Made by a program: the position numbers and the translations under genes
Virus record (IMG/VR): IMGVR_UViG_3300042402_002564
Location: 124,001-188,000 of that record
DNA length: 64,000 nucleotides
Reading direction: 5' to 3' (one strand)
Shown: positions 57,359-64,000 of the stretch, one piece after another
Numbering within the stretch: position 1 is the stretch's first letter
How the letters are laid out: every line of letters begins with the position of its first letter
The notes under the pieces: generated by a model
What the model saw: only the letters and a program-made list of their open reading frames with translations
Told to the model about the DNA's origin: nothing
The model's database searches: none

Positions 57359-57627
57359 TGTTTATTCTAACAATAGAAGGAAAAGAAGATGAAGGTGCAT
57401 ACTCCGTAGTAAATGAAGATGGAGAACAAATATTGTATCTCTTTGAACAAGAAGACGATGCAGTTAGATTTGCTATGATGCTAGAAGATATGAATTATCC
57501 TTCTATGCATGTTATTGAAATTGATGATGATGTTATTATTAAAACATGTGAAATGAATGATTATCAATACGCAATAATTACTGAAAACGATATTGTAATT
57601 CCCCCTCAAGAAAATGATCTTATTTGA
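57358..57627 (+). CDS. conserved hypothetical protein between gp47 and gp46
   Basis: ORF track; coupled to both neighbours; FEQEDDA.RFA. Confidence 0.8.
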   Translation: MFILTIEGKEDEGAYSVVNEDGEQILYLFEQEDDAVRFAMMLEDMNYPSMHVIEIDDDVIIKTCEMNDYQYAIITENDIVIPPQENDLI

Positions 57628-59323
57628 AAAAATTAAGTATAAAAACTTTTTAAGTACTGGCAATCAATTTACTGAAGTATCTTTTACGGGAAGTCCTACT
57701 ACTTTAATTATTGGTAATAATGGTGCAGGTAAGAGTACCATGTTGGATGCCCTTACATTTTCTCTATTTGGTAAATCATTTAGAGGAGTAAATAAACCAC
57801 AACTGGTCAATTCTACTAATGAAAAAGATTGTGTAGTTGAGGTTGAATTCACAATTGGTTCTAATAAATGGAAGGTTATTCGAGGAATTAAACCTGCTAT
57901 TTTTGAAATTTATAGAAATGATAAACTACTGAATCAAGATTCTGCTTCCACTGATCAGCAAAAATGGTTGGAGCAAAATGTTCTTAAAATGAACTATAAG
58001 TCATTCACTCAAATTGTTATTTTGGGTAGTAGTAGTTTTGTTCCTTTTATGCAACTTTCTGCTGCTCATCGCAGAGAAGTCATTGAAGATTTGTTGGATA
58101 TTAAAATATTTTCATCTATGAATGGTTTAGTGAAAGAAAAAATCCGTTCAGTAAAAGATGAGATTAAAGTTCTTGAATTAAAACGAGAATCTTTTCAAGA
58201 TAAAGTTGATATGCAAGAGAGTTTTATCGAAGAACTTGAGAATAGAGGAAGGGATAATATAAGCAACAATAATCGGAAAATTTCCGATTTGGATAAGGAA
58301 ATCGAACAGTATTTGAAGGAAAACGAATCTGTAGAAGAACCTCTTCAAGAACTTATTCGTGAGCAAGATGCTATTGCGGGATATGCAGATAAACTTCGTA
58401 AGTTAGGAAACCTTAAAGGAAAAATCTCTCAAAAGGTATCTACAATTACTAAAGAGCATAAGTTTTTTACAGAGAATACGGTATGCCCCACCTGCACACA
58501 ATCAATTGATGAGGAATTTAGGATAAATAAAATTGATGACGCTCAAAATAAAGCAAAAGAGTTGCAATCTGGTTATAAAGAACTAGAGGAGGCAATTAAA
58601 GAGGAAGAGAAACGAGAGTGTCAATTCAATTCTCTATCTAAGGAGATTTCAAATCTAACGAATGGCATTTCTCAAAACAATATTAAGATTAATGGATTGC
58701 GAAGACAAATCAAAAATCTTGAATCTGAAATTCAAACTCTTACCGAAAACCTTGCAAATCGAAATTCTGAACATGAAAAGTTAGAAGAATATAAAAATAA
58801 TTTGAATTCTGTACTGAGTGATTTAGATTCTGTAAAGGAAAAAATTAATTATTACGATTATATCTACAGTCTCTTAAAAGATGGTGGAGTAAAAACTAAA
58901 ATTATTAAAAAGTATTTGCCTCTTATTAATCAACAAGTCAATCGTTATTTACAAATGATGGACTTCTATATTAATTTCCATTTGGATGAAGAATTTTCTG
59001 AATCCATTAGATCTCCGATTCATGAAGATTTTTCATATACTTCATTTAGTGAAGGTGAAAAAATGAGAATTGATTTGGCTCTTCTTTTTACATGGAGAGA
59101 AATCGCTAAAATCAAAAATTCTTTGAATTGTAATATTATAATTTTTGACGAAACTTTTGATTCCTCTTTAGATGGATTTGGTACAGATGAGTTTTTAAAG
59201 ATTATTAGGTATGTAATTAAAGACGCAAATGTATTTGTAATCTCTCATAAAGAAGGTATGCGAGATAAATTTAATAACGTAATTAAATTTGAGAAAATAA
59301 AAGGATTTAGTAGGGCAGTTTAA
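57614..59323 (+). CDS. gp46: recombination endonuclease ATPase subunit gp46 (Rad50/SbcC-like)
   Basis: GNNGAGKST, CPTC zinc hook, SFSEGEK signature, IIFDE. Confidence 0.96.
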   Translation: MILFEKIKYKNFLSTGNQFTEVSFTGSPTTLIIGNNGAGKSTMLDALTFSLFGKSFRGVNKPQLVNSTNEKDCVVEVEFTIGSNKWKVIRGIKPAIFEIYRNDKLLNQDSASTDQQKWLEQNVLKMNYKSFTQIVILGSSSFVPFMQLSAAHRREVIEDLLDIKIFSSMNGLVKEKIRSVKDEIKVLELKRESFQDKVDMQESFIEELENRGRDNISNNNRKISDLDKEIEQYLKENESVEEPLQELIREQDAIAGYADKLRKLGNLKGKISQKVSTITKEHKFFTENTVCPTCTQSIDEEFRINKIDDAQNKAKELQSGYKELEEAIKEEEKRECQFNSLSKEISNLTNGISQNNIKINGLRRQIKNLESEIQTLTENLANRNSEHEKLEEYKNNLNSVLSDLDSVKEKINYYDYIYSLLKDGGVKTKIIKKYLPLINQQVNRYLQMMDFYINFHLDEEFSESIRSPIHEDFSYTSFSEGEKMRIDLALLFTWREIAKIKNSLNCNIIIFDETFDSSLDGFGTDEFLKIIRYVIKDANVFVISHKEGMRDKFNNVIKFEKIKGFSRAV

Positions 59324-59391
59324 AGAGTGGCACAGGGGTCGTCCAATGGGCGATCTTTTTTTGTATTATACGCACATACGACATAAATCAA

Positions 59392-61575
59392 ATGCCTGTC
59401 TCTCACGAAATCAAGTCTCAACTTGCCAAATTGCTTGCCACTGAGGATCTCGTTGTCGAGCATAAAAAAGTTTCTACTGCCTGCTTTAATGTCCACACTC
59501 GTGTTCTGACACTTCCTTTGTGGGAAAAAGCAAGCAATCTTGTGTATGACCTTCTGGTGGGTCACGAAGTTGGTCACGCTCTCTTCACTCCTGATGAGGA
59601 TTGGACTGAGCAAGTAAAGGTTCCTGCTCAATTTGTAAACATCGTAGAAGATGCTCGCATTGAGAAGTTGATGAAGCGTAAGTATGCAGGACTTGCTAAA
59701 ACTTTCTTCAATGGATACAAAGAATTAAACGAGGAAGATTTCTTCCAGATTGCTGATGATGATATCTCTACTTTTAATCTTGCTGACCGTACCAATCTTT
59801 ATTTTAAAATTGGTAATTTTGTAAATTTAAAATTCGACTCAGAAGAGCAAGAAATTATTGACATGATTTCTGCTACTGAAACTTTTGCTGATGTTTTAAT
59901 TGCAGCGGAAGAACTTTACAAATATTGTAAAAAAGAAAAAGAACAAGAACAAAAGATTGCTAACTTTGATTCTCATGAGCAACAAGGAGGTTCTCAATCA
60001 CCTTCTAATGAAATTATAGAGACTAATAATTCTGATTCTGAACAAGATGGTGATGGTGATAATTCTCAACCAAAAGAGAATGAAGGAACTGGTGGAAATT
60101 CTCAAGGTGAACAAACTCCAATCAAATCTTCTGGGGATGATAATGAACCTGAAGTTCGTACTGCTGATTCTCTAGAGGAAAAGATTCGTGATCTTGTTGG
60201 GAATGATTCATATGAAAATATGTACGTAGAAGTTCCTCAACTAAATTTGGACAGTGTTATTGGTAAAAATTCTGATGTTCATAAAGATATTGATGCATCT
60301 TTTGAACATCAACAAAAAATTCACAATGAGCATTCTCAAATGAGTGGTTATCCCACAATAAATTTATATGAAAATGTTGATCTTGAGTTTAGGAAGTTCA
60401 AATCTTCAGCACAGAAAGAAGTCAACTATCTCGTGAAAGAGTTTGAATGTCGCAAGGCAGCAGACCAGTATGCTCGTGCGTCAACTGCTCGCACTGGTGT
60501 TCTTGATACTGCTCGACTTCATACCTACAAATATAACGAAGACCTTTTCAAGAAGGTTTCTGTAATTCCTGATGGTAAGAATCATGGACTAGTGTTTGTT
60601 CTAGACTGGAGTGGATCTATGTCTGATGTGATGGTTGATACTTGTAAGCAACTATTCAATCTCGTTTGGTTCTGTAAAAAAGTTAATATTCCATTTGAGG
60701 TATATGCTTTTACTAACGAGTGGCGTCGAGGGGAGTATGACTATGAAACTGGAAAATATATTGCGGTAGACCGTGCTTCGCATTATGAAAAGAAAGAAAA
60801 TTTATTGGTTGTGGATGAATCTTTCTCCATGATGAATATTCTTACCAGTAAAGTTTCTGGTAAGCAGATTGAAAAGCAAATGCTGAATATTTGGAGACTT
60901 GCTTGTTGTTTTAAAAATACTTATAGGTCTACGTACACTTATCCAAATCGTTTGAGTCTTTCTGGAACTCCTTTGAATGAAGCACTGATTTCTCTTCATC
61001 AAATCCTTCCAAAATTCCAAAAGGAAAACAAACTCCAGAAAGTTCAATGTATTGTTTTGACTGATGGTGAGGCAAATCAACTAGTTTGTCATAAAGAAGT
61101 GAGGCGACATTGGGAAAAAGAACCATATATGGGAGTTGGACATATTAATGCTATGAGTACTTTTTTGCGAGATCGTAAACTTGGCACTACTTACAAGATT
61201 GGATATGGGTATCATGAATTTACTGATGTTTTACTTAATAACTTAAAGGATAAGTTTTCTTCAACAAACTTCATTGGTATTCGTGTCCTTGAGAGTCGTG
61301 GTGTTCAAAGATTTATTAGTCTTTATCATCAAATTGGTGATAACGATTATGACAAAATTCAAAATGACTGGAAAAAAGTGAAAAGTTTTACCATTACAAA
61401 ATCTGGATATAATGCTTATTTTGGAATGTCTTCCGCTGCTCTTTCTCAAGATAGTGAGTTTGATGTTGCAGAATCTGCTACTAAGTCTCAAATCAAATCT
61501 GCATTTGTTAAATCTTTGAAGACCAAAAAACTAAATAAAAAAGTTCTTGGTGAATTCATTTCTTTAGTTGCATGA
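59392..61575 (+). CDS. metallopeptidase-like plus vWA domain protein (CobT-like partner of the AAA+ ATPase)
   Basis: HEVGH (HExxH) and NIVEDARIE; acidic linker; MIDAS DWSGS...GTPL...LTDGE. Confidence 0.85.
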   Translation: MPVSHEIKSQLAKLLATEDLVVEHKKVSTACFNVHTRVLTLPLWEKASNLVYDLLVGHEVGHALFTPDEDWTEQVKVPAQFVNIVEDARIEKLMKRKYAGLAKTFFNGYKELNEEDFFQIADDDISTFNLADRTNLYFKIGNFVNLKFDSEEQEIIDMISATETFADVLIAAEELYKYCKKEKEQEQKIANFDSHEQQGGSQSPSNEIIETNNSDSEQDGDGDNSQPKENEGTGGNSQGEQTPIKSSGDDNEPEVRTADSLEEKIRDLVGNDSYENMYVEVPQLNLDSVIGKNSDVHKDIDASFEHQQKIHNEHSQMSGYPTINLYENVDLEFRKFKSSAQKEVNYLVKEFECRKAADQYARASTARTGVLDTARLHTYKYNEDLFKKVSVIPDGKNHGLVFVLDWSGSMSDVMVDTCKQLFNLVWFCKKVNIPFEVYAFTNEWRRGEYDYETGKYIAVDRASHYEKKENLLVVDESFSMMNILTSKVSGKQIEKQMLNIWRLACCFKNTYRSTYTYPNRLSLSGTPLNEALISLHQILPKFQKENKLQKVQCIVLTDGEANQLVCHKEVRRHWEKEPYMGVGHINAMSTFLRDRKLGTTYKIGYGYHEFTDVLLNNLKDKFSSTNFIGIRVLESRGVQRFISLYHQIGDNDYDKIQNDWKKVKSFTITKSGYNAYFGMSSAALSQDSEFDVAESATKSQIKSAFVKSLKTKKLNKKVLGEFISLVA

Positions 61576-61757
61576 AACAAAAATTTCCACTTGAACATCT
61601 AGTCAAATATGACACTAAAGAAGTGTTAGTAATTTGTGATAGTGCAATTACTGCTATGGGTATTCCTGCTATTGTAAAAAAATACTATCCAGGATATACG
61701 GGCAAAATTGTGAGTAGAGATTACTTTGAAAAATTTAAGAGCCAGTTGGCGAACTGA
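61572..61757 (+). CDS. small hypothetical protein
   Basis: ORF track; ATGA-coupled to the vWA gene. Confidence 0.65.
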   Translation: MKQKFPLEHLVKYDTKEVLVICDSAITAMGIPAIVKKYYPGYTGKIVSRDYFEKFKSQLAN

Positions 61758-61821
61758 CCACTGAGAACCTTTCAGAACCAATTTTACCCTTATAATTATT
61801 GAGTTGAACAAACACATCGTT

Positions 61822-62940
61822 ATGACACTTTCTTCTGATTACATCCGCACCTCTCTTCAAAATCTTTATGGCAACAACATCACCAGTGCCGATGTTCGTG
61901 CTTGGTGTAGTATGAATGATACTAATTACCAAACTGTTACTAATAAAATTTATCAATATAAAACTGGTCATGGTAAATGGAATCTTGAAGTGACTCAACA
62001 AAAAGTGGAAGAAATCGAACGTACTTATCAAGCACCCGCAGTGGTTCCTCCTGTAGAGCAAAATCTCATTCCTGATAAAGATGATACCTTCGTCAAGTTT
62101 GGTAATTTTAACGATATTAAACGCATTATTCAGTCCAATCTCTTTTATCCTACGTTCATTACGGGTCTTTCGGGTAATGGTAAAACGTTCAGTGTTGAGC
62201 AAGCGTGTGCTCAACTTAAGCGTGAATTGATTCGTGTAAACATTACAATTGAAACTGATGAAGACGACCTTATCGGTGGATTCCGCCTTGTTGATGGAAA
62301 TACCGCTTGGCATAACGGTCCCGTTATTGAGGCACTGGAACGAGGAGCAATCCTTCTCCTTGATGAAATCGACCTTGCATCTAACAAAATCCTGTGTCTT
62401 CAATCCATCCTTGAAGGCAAAGGTGTTTTCCTGAAAAAGATTGGTCGCTGGGTAAAACCCGCTGCTGGGTTTAACGTGATTGCCACCGCAAACACCAAGG
62501 GTAAAGGTTCTGATGATGGACGTTTCATCGGCACCAACGTGCTCAACGAAGCATTCCTGGAGCGTTTCCCTGTGACCTTCGAGCAGTCCTATCCCGCCCC
62601 AGCAACTGAGCAGAAAATCCTTGAGGGGGTCGCTCTGGACCTTGGAGTAGAGGATCGTGACTTCTGCAAGCGTCTGGTGGACTGGGGTGATATCATCCGC
62701 AAGACCTTCTACGATGGTGGTATTGAAGAAATCATTAGCACCCGTCGTCTGGTTCATATCATCCGTGCTTACAGCATCTTCCAGGATAAAGCAAAGGCAA
62801 TCCAAGTTTGTGTCAATCGTTTTGATGACGAAACTAAGCAAGCATTCCTTGAACTTTATGACAAGGTTGATGCTGACTTCCAGATGCCTAAAGAATATGA
62901 GCATGTAACTTACGACCTTGACCAACAAACTCAATCCTGA
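61822..62940 (+). CDS. cobS: CobS/MoxR-like AAA+ ATPase
   Basis: GLSGNGKT, LLLDEID, ATANTKG.G, NEAFLERF, ISTRRL; TATAAT at 61791-61796 upstream. Confidence 0.88.
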   Translation: MTLSSDYIRTSLQNLYGNNITSADVRAWCSMNDTNYQTVTNKIYQYKTGHGKWNLEVTQQKVEEIERTYQAPAVVPPVEQNLIPDKDDTFVKFGNFNDIKRIIQSNLFYPTFITGLSGNGKTFSVEQACAQLKRELIRVNITIETDEDDLIGGFRLVDGNTAWHNGPVIEALERGAILLLDEIDLASNKILCLQSILEGKGVFLKKIGRWVKPAAGFNVIATANTKGKGSDDGRFIGTNVLNEAFLERFPVTFEQSYPAPATEQKILEGVALDLGVEDRDFCKRLVDWGDIIRKTFYDGGIEEIISTRRLVHIIRAYSIFQDKAKAIQVCVNRFDDETKQAFLELYDKVDADFQMPKEYEHVTYDLDQQTQS

Positions 62941-62946
62941 TAAAAT
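62918..62946 (+). promoter_or_regulatory. sigma70-type promoter
   Basis: TTGACC-N17-TAAAAT with extended TGn; hairpin at 62950-62969 follows. Confidence 0.7.
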
Positions 62947-62996
62947 ATAAGGAGGTAAATCTGCCTCCTCTTTTTGTCCTTTTACTATGAAACAAA

Positions 62997-63536
62997 ATGT
63001 CTGAAATTCCTGATAAAAATAAAAATTTTACTTCCATTTACGGAGACTTTATCGCAACTGAAGATTCTTATCCTTCGCCCGACACTATTTCTTTTGCTGG
63101 ATCTAGACTTTACGGTGGAATGAGTGATCAATCATATTGGGAAAGTGATGGGATTAGTCTTACTGGTAATCCTGCTCCCATGGGCGAAGACCGTATCACT
63201 TTAAATCCACCAACCCCCAAAGATGAATCGCAAAACAATTTTTGGAAATTTGGTGAAGGTAAAACTCTCAAAGCAGTAGAAGATTACATTATCAGCACTT
63301 ATAAAGCACATTACGCATCTGATAATTCTAAAGTTCAAGTTCTTGATATTATTGATGCAATTGGTGATGGTGTTCCATTTTGCCGAGATAATCTGATTAA
63401 ATATTCTTCTCGTTTTGGTAAAAAAGAGGGGATGTCTCGTCTGGATGCACTAAAGATTATTCACTACGGAATTCTTCTTTATCATTTTGCTGGATTTAAT
63501 AATGAAACTTCGAAATCAAACTATGAAACTTTCTGA
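62997..63536 (+). CDS. DUF3310-like protein (T7 gp1.7-related nucleotide kinase domain)
   Basis: C-terminal HY...Q..D.I...FC..N.IKY..R.GKK.G...D..K..HY. Confidence 0.7.
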   Translation: MSEIPDKNKNFTSIYGDFIATEDSYPSPDTISFAGSRLYGGMSDQSYWESDGISLTGNPAPMGEDRITLNPPTPKDESQNNFWKFGEGKTLKAVEDYIISTYKAHYASDNSKVQVLDIIDAIGDGVPFCRDNLIKYSSRFGKKEGMSRLDALKIIHYGILLYHFAGFNNETSKSNYETF

Positions 63537-64000
63537 TAAAACTCTGACACTTCTGAAGAATTTTTCTTCGATTAATCAATCCATTCTGTTTAAACAAGGC
63601 AATTCTCTTCGTACAATTTCAGTAATGAAGAACATCTTGGCAGAAGCAACTGTAGAAGAAGAATTTACCAAAGATTTTGGTATCTATGACCTGAATCAAT
63701 TTTTGAATGGTTTAAATCTTCATCAGAATGCAGAACTTGATTTTCAAAACGATGGTTATGTCGTTATTAAAGAAGGTAAATCGCGTTCCAAGTATTTCTT
63801 TGCAGACCCTAATGTAATCATCACTCCTCCAGAAAAAGATATTACACTTCCAAGTGAAGATGTTGCATTTACTCTGGATACAAAAGAACTAGATAAACTC
63901 CTTAAAGCTGCTGCAATTTATCAACTTCAAGATTTGTCAGTTATTGGAGAAGCAGGTGTTGTAAAACTAGTTGTTCGTGATAAGAAGAACGATACTTCTA
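63523..64000 (+). CDS. gp45: DNA polymerase sliding clamp gp45 (runs off the window)
   Basis: Hand-read MKLSDKTLTLLKNFSSINQSILFK.G...KNILAEA...FGIYDLNQFL. Confidence 0.93.
   Translation, partial: MKLSDKTLTLLKNFSSINQSILFKQGNSLRTISVMKNILAEATVEEEFTKDFGIYDLNQFLNGLNLHQNAELDFQNDGYVVIKEGKSRSKYFFADPNVIITPPEKDITLPSEDVAFTLDTKELDKLLKAAAIYQLQDLSVIGEAGVVKLVVRDKKNDTS

Noticed and set aside
61735-62934. 399-aa minus-strand ORF
   Set aside because: Antisense shadow of the conserved AAA+ gene, with no motifs of its own.
61822-62940. cobS as a cobalamin-biosynthesis gene supplying the radical SAM pair
   Set aside because: No other cob genes are present, and CobS-like ATPases occur in T4-like phages regardless of B12 enzymes; a MoxR-type role is more parsimonious.

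Overview
This is a segment of a T4-like cyanomyovirus (Kyanoviridae-type) genome; the cyanophage assignment is inferred from gene order and content. Bases 1-4.5 kb are a more GC-rich hypervariable early cluster of tiny ORFs separated by repeated promoter/stem-loop units, including a KTSC-like, a winged-HTH and a DUF7178/glycosylase-like gene. A structured non-coding stretch follows (~4.5-4.9 kb), then a GT-A glycosyltransferase-like gene and an ATP-grasp-like gene. The AT-rich late structural module runs gp25, gp6, a 3875-aa gp7, gp8, a 2502-aa VrlC/DUF4815-like protein, gp13-16, a modular internal-protein-like gene, gp17-20, gp21-23 and gp3. After it come uvsY, uvsW, gp55, gp47, gp46, a peptidase-vWA/CobS-like AAA+ pair, a DUF3310-like gene and a truncated gp45. 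The most unusual element is a tandem pair of paralogous cobalamin-binding radical SAM genes inserted antisense between the portal gene and the prohead-core genes, apparently driven by one half of a palindromic back-to-back late promoter. Other notable features are a covarying leader hairpin repeat, a triple palindrome array, a likely gp21-processed internal polyprotein and an antisense sigma70 promoter next to gp55. No tRNA, rRNA, CRISPR array or integrase was recognised. All family calls are from motif recognition, not database searches.
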